DNA from: Curvularia clavata
Taxonomy: Eukaryota
Direction of reading: 5' to 3'
Assembly (NCBI GenBank): GCA_023920165.1
Contig: CP089279.1
Location: 1,736,001 to 1,800,000 of the forward strand
Length of the DNA: 64,000 bases
The notes beneath the pieces are model-generated. The model searched no databases. It worked only from the letters and a program-made list of their open reading frames with translations, and had not been told where the DNA came from. Shown here one piece after another: positions 24,156 to 36,996 of this stretch (positions within the stretch are counted from its first letter, which is position 1; every line of letters begins with the position of its first letter). Both the position numbers and the translations under genes were made by a program.

Positions 24156-26746
24156 ACAGATCAAAAGACTTTAGCGAGCCAGTTTCCGATGCACATTGGG
24201 CTCCACTCTTGTACGCTACAAGTTTTCTATCACCGGTTTTTATCCTGTTCAATGAACGAGCCAACGCGTGCTCCATGTGCAGATGACTCCGTGGAGTAAC
24301 ATGCCGAATTTCTGTTGGCTACCATTTGCAGGATCAGTCTGGGAAAGGAAGTCGTGGTAAAAAAAAAAGTGGGCATATGGCCGTGTTAGGTGGACGTCTA
24401 GAATATCGGTTTGTAAAGTGGAAAAGCTAAGGCGCGAAGGATTGACCAGGCGTTCCACTGATCGATGTAAAGGTATCTGATACTTTGCATCTGCAATGCC
24501 CTACGCATGAATACCTGGGAAAATGGGGCGGGCTGACACCCTACCCAGATCCAAGTGTCTTCTGAGTCAGGCCAGAGTAAGCAGAGCGCCACTGGCTGTG
24601 CAGGCTATCAAGCTTTCTATCGGTCTCAATCGCGATCTGATAAAGGCCAACAAAGCATGAAAGTACTCATGGAGTTTCCTTGCTGCCGCCTCATATACAC
24701 ACGCGCACATTCTAGGGACGATCGCAGATCAGATAAGCCTAAAGTATGCATAAAGATGTGCAAGTATCCTCGGTGGGCATAATCCACGAAAATGGGTACC
24801 TCTACTTAAAGATCGGAATTGGACGTGAGCCACAGAGATGGTGGGTAGGAAGAGGACCAAGGTGCATGGTGTCGCTTAAAACACCCTTGGGCTGGCAGCG
24901 GAGAGGTGTCCACAAAAAAAGCAAGAAACAGGGCATGCGCGCAATCGCGATGTGATCTTGTTGGGCTATGTGGAGTTATGCGATGCATGGTATAGTTTGA
25001 TTAGACATCTGTCCGCTCTTGCATCGCATCAGCTCATGTACGGAGGCCAGCGGGCGCATCAGCAGCAGGGGCTAGATAGGAGACGACGATGTAGACTTTT
25101 GCCAATTGGTGGTGTGAATCCGCGGACCCGACATACTTTCCGCGTACCATGAGAATTTGCGCGCTGCTTGGAAGCGATTCAGAGGAGGTGGCGCTATCAG
25201 TAAGTGGCATCGCAAGCTGGCGTGGCGGCAGCGCAACAGACGATCCGGCAAGAAGAGACGATGATCTTCGTTCGTTGGCGCACAAATGCGGCATTGGTTG
25301 CTATTGGTCGGCGGTACTACGGAAGCCCATCATGGCGACTCAACGTCGCCTGTCGACCTTGACTTTCAAGGCACCTTTTCCCTTGGGAACCTGCAAGACT
25401 ACATTGTGCATCGAGATGAAGGAGGAGGAACTGGTTCATCGAAATCCAGCACCGCTATCGGTATCCTATCACCATCTCGCGCACCGTCCACGTGACCCTG
25501 GCATCTTTGTATCATCGGCCGATTGAATTAGGAAAGCTCGGGCGAAATAACCGTCCATTCGCAGGTCTTCAAGCCGGTGAGGTCGTTTTGGATGCTCCAA
25601 GAGAGGGATCACGCTCCTCGGAACGAAGCTAGTGTCGCAGCGACCTCACAATCGACTATGTTCGTTCTGAGCAAAGAGTGGCAGATAACCAAGGCCCGCC
25701 CACAGATGTAGCCCACGCACCAGGCAGGTCAATTGCTTTCTCGCATCTTTTTACCGCTGTGGTGTCGTGGATGCGCGTGTGGTCGACGGGGTTGAAGTGT
25801 CCCACCCCTGGGTCAGCGCGGTCGCTAATGGTCGAGTCATTTAGCCCAGCATCGCATATTGTGCAACAGGGTGTAAGGGTGGAAGGCACAAGTAAAAATT
25901 CATGCGACTGTCAAGCTTACTTGCGCGCTTTCCCAAGCGGTGACCGATCCTCTCGCACACAGTCCAGACGCTATCGGTATTCACAGATGAAATCCTGCGT
26001 GTGCCTTGGTCGCAAGCTATGCACCACTTACTCGGTGTGGGCGCCTGGGGGATGGGTGACAATGGTGTCGTGTTTTGCGTTTGTCTGCCCACGCAGTCTT
26101 CCACCTGTCCCCGCACATCTCCCCGTCGCTGGTTGTTCGAATGTCACTCGCCCTGTGGCCCGACGGATGCCTGCAAGTCGAGGGATATTTCGGGATCAGT
26201 CTGTTGGTTTTTCCAGCTTCGAATCGAAGGGCTTGGTCTACACGACAGCCATGGAGACTCCCGACGGGGTCAACAGCAAATTCTCCTAAGAGCTTCTTAA
26301 AAGAACTGTTTGGTGCACACAAAAGGAATTCCACCGTCATGCATGATACGTAGGGCACAGGAATCAGCCCACAATTATCCTGACAAACAAGACTGAAGAG
26401 GTAGGGTTGGAGTCTGTTCTTGCCCTTCTCATTGGGTACGGCAAACTGTCCCGTTCCAAATTCCCGAATCTATGGAGAAAACACAGGCTTAGCTCGACCG
26501 CCGAGACTGCCGGCCCTAGGCTCCGGGTAGGCTCCCTTGTCCCCAATGACCACGTTTGGGTGCACAGTGTACGCGAAAATTGGAGCTGCACATACCATAG
26601 GCCAAAGTTCCGGCGTGCCCGACTCGATGCAGCGCCTCTGGACAAGACATTCTGTTACTGTATTGCGTTAAACCTATGTCAGATAGACGTACCTTCTTTC
26701 GACCGATAACCTCAACTTCGGTCAGCGTAGCGCTTGCCTTGAAATT

Positions 26747-29451
26747 ATGGCTTCGAACGCTCCAGAGTACAGCGCTCAAGCTATATACGGCCCGAACTCC
26801 AGCCAACAGAAAATTGCCATTCCACGCTTACAAAGAGTCGAGACAGGACCGAGTGGAACGCAAGATAGGCGTCGAGTGCCTCGGGCGTGTACTGGAGTGA
26901 GTCTGATTCATGCACAGGTGTTGCTGTGCAATCATGGATGGCATGATGATGAACCTGTCGACAAATTTCCGATGTTACTGTCGCCTGACAACCCCAATCT
27001 CCGTCTGTTCTGCTACTGTTTCTGACAGCCTGTCTGAGCATCTAGTGCCGTGCCCACAAGATCAAATGCACAGGCGAAAGGCCGACCTGTAAGCATTGTG
27101 CGACGACGAACCGTCAATGCGTGTACATTCTACCTCGAAAAGATCGACTGAAAACGTCTGTTTTCCTTCCCTGTATCCGAATGCCTTGCTAACAGTCCTA
27201 GGGTTACACAGCAATGTCAGCAGCTGGCTGCGTTGTTGAGGGAGATTAGGGATCGCGCAAGCGTTCAAGACAGCAACCGCATCACCGATCTTCTGGACGA
27301 GGTAAGCGTTTACTTGCACAGTCCGTGCTGTAAAATCAAAAGAAACATCTTTTTCGTATTGATACACTGTAGATTGGTGAAGACTTGTCAGAGCATAGGC
27401 TTACGCCAACACCGTCAAACTCTGACGTGGACGCTCAGAGCGCACAGGGAAATGTTGAATTCGGAAACCTCGACTATCTCGAACACCTTGACACGGAAGC
27501 ACTAGATTTGCTGGACGAGGACTTGCATAGTAAGGACGAAGCTCGATCGACTGGATTCATCGGAAAGAGCTCAGAAATACAATGGTTGCGCGCGGTGGCA
27601 CTCGCTCAGGCCGAAAGAACCGATGGGAATTGGGATGGTTCGGGACCAACACGACACTCCTCAAACACGACTGGCAATGAGCCGGTCAGTTCATTCAGCT
27701 TTTGGGCCGATTGCGACGAAGTGAACGTGGATTTCTACGTGGATCCGCATGAAATGCCTCAGCCAGATCTCGCTGAACATTTGGGTAAGTTGATACTGGA
27801 ACAAAGAGCTTGCAAGGTATAGACTGACTCTGTATCTTTGAATGCTGGCAGTTCAATGTTACATGACCAAAGGACATGACTCTTTCCCAATCCTTCCTCG
27901 CAGAGAGTTTACAGACCAGACCCGTGTATATTTTGCGTCACTGCGGAACGGAAATGCGCCACGCCTGAATCCAAAATGGCAAATCATTCTGAATCTTGTC
28001 TTTGCCATTGGTGCAAACTACTTGCATCTTAATGAAGGTTGGTCAGCCGATGGCCATGCCGTGTATCAAGCGCGAGCTCGAGCTTTTGGGTTGAGTGAGG
28101 CGGCGGTGGCTTCTCATCCTGACGTGCCCCAGATCCAAAGCTTAGGACTTCTTGGGTTCTACTGGCTCAGCATTGGACAAGTAAATCGGTGAGTCTGTAG
28201 TCAGCTTCTCACATAGGCTGAGGCGACGAAGTTACTGATAGTGTTAGTGCTTGGACAATTGTTGGTATTGCTCTGCGTTCAGCTTACTCCCTCGGCCTCC
28301 ACGTTCGAAACGAAGATCCCTCGGCGAATGCAAAGAAACGCGAATCTCTGGTGCAAATATGGTGGAGCCTATACTCTCTGGAGAGAACACTGAGCATCAT
28401 AACTGGCCGTCCTAGCATTGTGGTCGACTCGTACTGTTCGGTACCATTGCCCATGACGAATCCCGACGAAGGTGTAGCAGAGGAAGCTAATACAGCATAT
28501 TTCAACACTGGAGATGCATCGGCGCCGCAACCAGGCCCTTCTTCTGTTGCATCTAGCGTTACTGCAAATCCTCATTTGACGCCAGGGGGCTTTGCCAAAC
28601 CAAACACCAATTCTGGGACGTACTTCAAGGCTGGGGTGCAATTGTCTATCATAACACAGAACATTCTCACGTCACTCTACTCAGCAGGCACGATGATTCG
28701 ATCTCCGAGCGATGTTCAACAGGACACCACATTCTTGAGTCAGCGCCTGGACCAATGGGCCTCTTCGTTACCACCGGAGCTCAGGCCATACGGAGACACA
28801 CGAGAGCTTAGCGGCACTTTCTCGCGCGAGCGTATGCTCTTAAAGTTCCAGTTCTGTAGCGCTCGTATCTTACTTACGCGGCCTTGTCTAGCTGCGCGAC
28901 GCCAGCCATGGAAGGGTTTCCATGATGCAGGGTTCGCGAGGAGCATGGCAGATGGCTGCATCGAGGCCGCCAAGGCGATTGTTGCGTCTTTTCCCGATGA
29001 CTATAGCGGCCGAGTACACGAAGACTTGCCCTGGTGGTGCCTCATCCACCACATGGTCCAGGCAATCTCCGTCTTCTTGCTCGGTCTTTCATATCCCTCA
29101 TCGACTTCGTGTGATGCTTTCATGATGATCCATCATGTGAGGAAGACTATTTGTTGGCTGCAGCGGATGCCGGGTCCGGTGGCCGCACGTGCTCATCGAG
29201 TTGTGTTCAATTGCTTTGAAAGAGTGGCCAGGCAGTATGCTGTGGATGTGTCAGACCTTTGGGACCGCAAAGAGGTTCCGGTGGTGCACAACTTTAATCC
29301 TGGGCCCATGCCCGGCATTCCTGTTCCTCAGCCATCATCGACGATACCCGTGGTTTCGATGTATGGAAACTATGGCAACACAACAGGCGATAGCCATGCT
29401 CCTCAAACGGATCCTCCCGAATTCCATAAAAACTACTTCATTTCCGAATGA
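26747..29451 (+). CDS. Zn(II)2Cys6 fungal transcription factor with middle homology (Fungal_trans) domain
   Basis: Exons 26747-26896, 27046-27155, 27202-27301, 27373-27784, 27852-28188 and 28248-29451. Spliced cluster RACTGCRAHKIKCTGERPTCKHCATTNRQCVY; downstream GFIGKSSEIQWL, RAWTIVGIALRSAYSLGLH and IWWSLYSLERTLSIITGRP. Confidence 0.9.
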
Positions 29452-32400
29452 TCTGGCGACAAGACAGTAGCTCCATTGCTGAGTCTTGAAAGCGAGGTCT
29501 GCTCCAAACATTCTTTACACCTTGCTATATGGAGACAATCTCAGCGTCAAGCGTGTACTGACAAGTTTTGGCTAGCAAAAGACGACGGAGAGTGGAACTG
29601 AAAAAGAGCCAAACAGTGCCTGACTGTACAGCATGTACACGCCATTGACTCGGCGAAAAGTTTTGCTCTGTTGGGTGCTGTTGGCAGAAAAGCGGGAGCA
29701 GTAATACTGGCCATTATGGGTCATCGAGATAGAATTATCGAATAGAATTACTTGCGTGGATAACTTAATTTTGTGGTCGAAGATTGCACATGTGGTTCGA
29801 ATCATGATTAGTCATTGATGGGGCGTGAGAGCATTGCATGGTTTTCTGTTCTGCGTTGGCATGCGTAACGCTGCTGGTGTGTGCACCGGCACGGGCGCGT
29901 GTCGACTGATGACAGATTGTGGCGTCACGACGTGTTTGAAAAGCCGTATCTGCATAGGCGGCTACTGTAGCCGAGGAACCGTCTAGAAACATCCACTTGT
30001 CGGTGAAGGTGAGCGTGGACTCTGTACAGGCAGCAGTTTGGTTGTTTGCTTTAAGCACGTGACCTTGCTGCCTGAAACTCACCCGCTATGATTGGCCATC
30101 CTGGCAGGCTGTCGGAGGTGACTGCACAGGGTCCAGTCACGTGCGTACTAGCGTGCCAAGCCCTTAGCCCCTTCCTCCACGTATATAAACTGCCCGTCCC
30201 TCGTCCTCCTTTCTCTTCTGCATCCCAGTGCACGGGCTTTACGCTTACCAGTGAGGATTCGTCCGAGGTAGCGTTTTTGCTAGTTGAAAACTACAACTAT
30301 GACCGCTCCAGTTGGCTTTCGGGTCGGCTGGGAATTTTTGACACAAACTGTACGCTTTGCGCTGCTTTTCGTTGACTATTGCGGCTTGCCGCTTTGTTGA
30401 AGAAGAGTGACTGCGCCAGACATGAATGCTCAATGCCCACTAGCTGCCACCGTCCCCGTGCTCTGCCAGTATCTCGATCCGCTGCGCCCTCGACCTTGCT
30501 CGCCATCAAGTTCCACTGTCGCTGCCTCCACGATGCTTAGACACATGTGCTGCTACGGCTCCCTATCCGTTCTGCATGAATTGGATACGTCACCCACGCT
30601 TCGTCAATCTGCGGAGCGCATGCCGTGCTCAAACCTCTAGCACTTTTCGAGCAACATCCTTCAGACCCACTATCACTGTTGGACATTTTTTTCCTCCTTG
30701 CGACACAAGCTATCCATCACATGCGCCCCTCCTGGCGCCGTGTCGGCATAGTTTCCGCGACTCAAGTGTCAAACAATACCGGCTGCTTAGTGAATCGGAC
30801 AAGCCACCACCGCATCTGCGTCTTTGCTAAAGACAGTCCTTACTTGCCACTTGGAGTTACACACTCCGCCCGTTTGTGACTACTTTCCTAGTCCCTGCGG
30901 AATACAACTTGACCAAAGCAATTACCGAGGCTACAAGACGACGCTCTCTTTAAGTCTAAAGACCGCTAAGTTATACGTGTCGCGCCAATCTGTCATCCCC
31001 CCCTGGCTAGAATTTCAAAGCATTGAGATATTTGCCAACCAGAAACATGTCGCCAGGCTTGCCACTCGGAACCTGGCTTCCAAGGCATGCTGCATTGCCG
31101 ACTGCAGCGTTTTGACAAAAATAGCCTGCCTGCCTTAAATGCACTTACAGCACACGTTTTGGGAGCGAAACGGCCGTCATGCGTGGAATCAAACTCTGTC
31201 TTCTGCCAGCAGATGCGGCGGGACTGTATAGTTTAGGAGGTAATGAGACGGTTCTAACGATTCCCTGACGGCTGAGAGAAGGTTCACTAGTCACAAGACT
31301 GAGTGAGCCCTCAGTCTATGTAGTCGGAGAAAAAGCTAGGGCATCACAAGGATCCTCAACGCCTATCCCTCTGAAGGTGAAGTAGGAGTCAATCGCTCAA
31401 TCTTATTGACAAATCTAGGCGACACACGATCTACGTACACTCGCAGCATCTCATGCCAATTGTCGCATGCAGCCGCTTTTTGTTGCACCTGCAGCTGAAC
31501 AAGGTTTATTGCGTGTGGACCGGTATAGTTGCTCCCAAGAACACCAAGATGAATCTAGCTGTTCTGAATTGCCTTAGGGTAAATGTTATTTGGTGCGAGG
31601 CTGATCAATAGCCTTAGGGCGGTTTCAGGGTCGTAAGATATTCCCCAAGGTTTCGGCGCATGGCCTGCGTTCTGCTGGATCGGCGGCGTTGGACGCCAGC
31701 CGGCCTTGCGCCATCTCTCGCAAACCATGGCCTAAGCAATACCGCATCATGCGTGCTAACGAATTTCAAGATGCAAGCACGCCAGCCTTTTCTGCATTCA
31801 TGCATTACAGACACATCTAATGCCACACAAAGTGATGTCAGTAATTCATGACCTAAGTTGTTCGACGTGCTATAGGCCGTTGATACCTGTCTGTTAAGGA
31901 ACGGCATCTAGTCATTGACATGCAACGCCGAAAGTTGCGTACCAGCGCCTCAGTCACAATACCCGAGACCTAGCCATATCAGGCCGTTTCCTAACGGTAC
32001 TCCCCATGGGCTTGCCCTAGAGGGGAATCCTCGCCAAATAGCACCTCCTCTCTGACTGTTTTGGTGTCGCGCCACTCTGAACAAGGCAGCATACGGCCGA
32101 TTTCCTGCTTCGGTCGCCCCACGATAGCCACCACTGCGTTCGAAACGGACCTGTCCTGAGTGCGCACTCATGGTCTGGGCGGACTATTTTGATACTCCTC
32201 AACTTCCCATTTCCAGATTCGGTATCAATGCTCGGGGCCTGCGCCGTGCTCTGTAATCGTGCCGGCCCCTCGTGTCGTTCGAGTTGAGCTACCAATGACT
32301 GCACATCATTCCTGCAACTTTCAGAGCCACTTTCTCCCCCAGTACACTTTACCCTCACGCTAGGGCCCTCCTTTGTTCTGGTTTCATTCTAGACTCCCTC

Positions 32401-32574
32401 GCCCCCAGCTTCTGATCCTCATAACAAATAGCTCCTGGTCGACGTCAGGTGTCATGATTCCCAAAAGGTCGGCATGGGGTTCTGAGTAATGCAATCGTGA
32501 CTGGTTCCTTCCTGCATTTTTTTTTCTTTTCTTCTACCACTCCTCCCGACGAGCTTTACTACATCTCGGTCGTC

Positions 32575-34419
32575 ATGAATGCCGATAATTCTACCCCCGC
32601 TGGAATCCGGGTTAATATCATAGTGCTCGCCTTCACGCTCGTTTCAGGCCTGGTTGTCTTTTTACGCCTTTTTACACGGCTCGTAATATCAAAGAATGCT
32701 GGGTTAGAGGATGCATGTATTGTGCTGGCTATGGTAAGTGAACATCATTTATTGATAGCACTGATTGCTAAAGGAAAAATCTAGATCTTCTCGTTAGCAC
32801 TTACTGTACTGATTACCGAGCAAGTAATGAATGGGCTTGGAGAGCATAGCTCGAATCTTGAGAAAAACAAGCTGGACATACTTCTCAAGGTGGGTTACGT
32901 AATATACCTTCTCCTTTCTAGGCAATCTGCAAGCACTCGTAGAGTTGTTTATAGCTTAGCTCTAACTCAATGCACCAATGCATCATGCAGCAGAGAAAAG
33001 CAGACTAAGTTACGGCTTATTCTTCCTACTCTGTCTTTCATGAAGAACTCTACTAACCCGTGTACTAGGCTTTCTGGGCGAGTGTTTGGGTTTATAACCT
33101 CACCCTCACCACTATCAAGGTGTCTATTCTCACACAATACCTCCGTATTTTCCCTATTCATTCGTTCCGGATAATCTGCTTCGTCGTCCTGGGTCTGGTA
33201 GTCGCCTATGGGGCCTGGGCAGTATCCTCGAGCGTATTTATTTGCAACCCAGTCGCCTTCTCATGGGATAAGTCAATCATAGGTGGTAGCTGCTTGAACC
33301 AACTCACCATATGGGTTGCAAATGCTGGCATCAACATCACACAAGACGTAGTAATATTCCTTATGCCGCTTTTTGTTGTACAAGGGTTACCAATCTCGAA
33401 ATCGCAGAAGAAGGGGCTGAGGGCTATGTTTATTTTGGGCCTTAGGTAGGTCAGACTTGCATGCCATGGACGATGTAATGAGCTAACGAATCAACAGTGT
33501 CAGCTTGGTCTCTGTTATTCGACTCTATTCCTTAGATGCCATCTCCAACTCAACAGATGTGTCGTTTGACAACACGGATCATGCGACCTTGTCGGCCGTC
33601 GAAGTTAATGTAGGAATTATTTGCGCTTGCTTGCCGGCCATGCGACCTTTGTTCGCCCTTGTATTGCCGCAATATTTCTCGGATGCGCCACGGTATCTCA
33701 AACATCGAACTTTCAAGGTCGATGTGGCGGAACGAGGGAAATGCCTGCAATCTGCCAACCGACATCTTACTATGCCCAATGGTACTGCACTCCGACCCAA
33801 CCTCTCACCATCAGTGCACAACTCTGTTCCTACAAGGCCCAGCACAGCGCACACGAGGTCCGACAGTACAGTACGAAGATTTAGCACTGCACAAACAAGA
33901 TCCGGTACCGCGTCACGAAGGCCCAGCAGCGTACAGCCAAATGCCGACGCTGCAAAATTCAAGACGAACGCGTTCGGCTCAGACTCCACGCAAGAAGATG
34001 TACCTCTCGACGAGCTTCATTCTGTCTTCTCCCGCCCAACAGGTCGAAGCTTTTCATTGCCCAAGATCACTCCGTTGCCTCCGCTTACACCACGATCACA
34101 TCGCTTCCAAGGACACTCACGTTCAGCAAGTAATACATCTGTTCAGAGTACGGCGAGTGCAGCACGTGAACGATCTATCGCACGCCTTCAACTGGGAAAC
34201 CCTTTGCGCATGTCACCCATCACGCCGTCCAGCCCCGAATTTCCAGCCCCGCTTCGCATCCAGAAAACGCCCTCACTGCCACCGGGCTCCTGGATACGAC
34301 GACCCAGCAACGCAACGGTAGCATCACAACATCCCCCGAAAACGCCCAAAACTCCCAAAACTCCAGGAACTGATAAAGATTTACCCGTTACGCCTTTCCC
34401 CATTGGATCTGCCCAATGA
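32575..34419 (+). CDS. PTH11-like (fungal rhodopsin-domain) integral membrane protein without CFEM
   Basis: Exons 32575-32733, 32785-32889, 33069-33445 and 33498-34419. Motifs VFLRLFTR...GLEDACI, IKVSILTQYLRIF, ICNPVAFSWDKSIIGGSC, NITQDVVIFLMP and SAVEVNVGIICACLPAMRPL; Ser/Pro-rich tail. Confidence 0.9.
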
Positions 34420-35248
34420 ATTAATTCATAATTTGCTCTCTTACACGCCCCAGTCCTGATTCGTTCTTTCTAGCAACCACAACCCTTAGACTATATACCC
34501 ATCAATCGTTTCAATCAACCACATACGGAGAAGGCTTTCTTTGGATCCCGTTCTGATTTCCATGCGATCAACCTTTGAACGGTGGACTAGAAGTCAGATC
34601 GGTCAGCCCTGGCGAATTTCCGCTGTCCCATGTTTTTTTGTTTCACTCCATTTTTGGGCACGCATTGCGCTCTTGTTACGACTGGCCAGTGCTTGTCTTC
34701 TTTTAGATGCTTGTCCTCTTGGTTGGTACCGTCACACAGTTGTTGCTCTTCTCTCATTATCCTATCTACCACTGGCAACACCACTTTTCTTTTCTCTTGT
34801 GAGTTTTTCTTTGGCTGCACGGTATGCATCGGTGCCTTCAAGTATAGAGTTGCAATGGTAATGTTAAATGTCGGCTAATGAGGTTGGTGCTGGACTCGGA
34901 CTATGTGGGAGTAAGCGACTGTATATTGGGTGAACAGATGGATTCCTCGTTCGGTGGCGCGAGATTACATACACATTGTCTATCACCCAAAAAGACGAAA
35001 TGTAAATGGAGGAAACCTTTGAAGTGTAGAAGAAAAAAAAAGGCATTCTTTCGTTTAAAAACCCTGTGACTTGCAGGCATCCCAAGATGGTTGGGATTTC
35101 GAGACAATCGAATGTGTGATGCTATTATCCAACTGTAAAGCGTGCTATCCTCTTCCAACGAAAAATGCCTCATGTAAAATACAAATTCATTGCTCCAAAC
35201 GCCAAACAGGTAACAGGTCGCACGATCATAACAACAGATGCAGAGTGT

Positions 35249-36164
35249 TCATCTAAACTTGCTGAAAATGACAGCAACGATGAGGAGCACCAAGACGGTT
35301 ATAATGGCAATGGTAATGATACGATTCGTAGCCATCCTACAGGGAGAATATGGTTAGTATCTCTTTGTTACGCAAGTCAAAAAGGCATCCATCTGTGGGG
35401 CACCCTATCAACTGGGGATCTGGATGCAGGGGTGATGGGGGTTGTGATTTTTGGGGGCCGAACATACCGTCTTGCCATGCCCCTCAGCGTCTTGATACTT
35501 CGGTCAGTATAACCTTCACTGTCGAGTAACCTCTCTCTGGTGTTGGTAATCTGCTCTCTCTGCCTGTGCAAGTCGCCCAGTGTGTTGGCGCCAATCTGCT
35601 CCGTCTCAAGTGCAATCCGCTGACTCTCCCTCAACCTGTTGCTCGACCTGTTCAAGCGATCTGTCCCAGAAAGCAGTTGTTGGCGCTGCTCAAGTTGAGC
35701 GTCACCGCCATCAGGGTTATCGGTATAGCGGTCGCCAAAGAGCTTGGAGCGGTCCGAAGTGTACGTCTGTAGCTTGCGCTTGGTGGTATCGAGGTCGTGC
35801 TCAAAGTTGCGGAAGCGTGCGTTGTACTTGGACTTGAGGTTGGCTGGTATGTTGGACTTTTCGAGACGCATCTGACCAATCTGATCGGAACACATGTCAG
35901 CACTGTGTTGTTGCATGTGTCGTCGCTTTGTTATGACGCTGAGGCCATTGCGCCCGCGCGACATGTCTCCAGGCTGCGACTCACCAGCTCTTCTGCCTCC
36001 TCGAGCGCCCGCTCCGCCTTGCTAATAGCAGCTTTCCTTGGTTCGCCGGTTGTCTCTTTGATTTGCTCCAGTTGCTGATTAAGGTCGGCTTGTACCAGCT
36101 TGAGTTCGGCTTCGTAGCCGCCGAAGCGCTCGGTGCCAGCGTCGGCGTCGATGAGGTTGGACAT
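35249..36164 (-). CDS. VTI1: Qb-SNARE Vti1
   Basis: Exons 36164-35985, 35880-35468 and 35336-35249. Habc N-terminus MSNLIDADAGTERFGGYEAEL, SNARE motif EQRQQLLSGTDRL...RIALETEQIGANTLGDLHRQREQI, and C-terminal TM NRIITIAIITVLVLLIVAVIFSKFR. Confidence 0.94.
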
Positions 36165-36996
36165 GGTTTCAGTATGATAGGATCCAAAATGAAGTGGGCC
36201 GGAAAAGTTCGCGTGGGTTTGCGGTAGCGAACAGGTAAGTAGAGTCGTGTGTTGGATGCGCTTGTCAACGTGCAGGTGGATGGAGTGTCCACTCCGAAGT
36301 GCAGAGCCCATGCGTAATGGCCGCATTTGCCAAGGCCATCCCTGTCATGTCACGTGTATGACCTCTGTACCTGATTTCCTTGCTTGTATCTGTTGCCTGT
36401 CATATTAGATATTGTAATATCTCCCAGAATGTATTCAGCCTTGCATGCTCGCGAAACCGCTTGTCTTAGTGTACGTTTAGTACTTGCTTTTCCCATGTCA
36501 GTAGACGTTATGACTGCATCTTCCGCACGTGTCCACACTTGGATCACTCATGGTCGCATCGCGCAGCATGTTGCGGCTCAAGATGTCTCATGCGACATGA
36601 ACGCAGGGAGCTAGATCCTCACTATTGTACTTGGTGGAGCCAGTGGATGTTAGTCAATAAGATCAGTAATAGTCCACCCTATCACCATCGCCGTAGAGGG
36701 GTAATCGAAACCCGAGCACTAACGGTAAATGAGTCCTACAAGATTCTACTAGCTGCTTGTACCACGAGACATTATCGCACGATTCCTGTACATCTGTTTG
36801 ACGTGTGTGAAACGAGCAACGGCGGCATTAGTCATGTCCTATATGTACCGAGCAAGCTCCAACATCGATGACCTCATGACTCGCTTCTTTTCCACTTCTT
36901 CCGTTCGCTCGACCTTTTGTCCTTTGTTGCTTTCCCGTGTATCCAATTAGCATTCAACCCTTGGCCTGCTTGTGCAACCATCACCGCTAGTCAATC

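Noticed and set aside
24950..26360. Dense overlapping short ORFs and two GTAAG donor-like sites on the minus strand
   Set aside because: I could not assemble an open spliced frame or recognise a family.
29452..32574. 3-kb spacer with short ORFs between the transcription factor and the PTH11-like gene
   Set aside because: No supportable gene model; treated as regulatory/UTR sequence.
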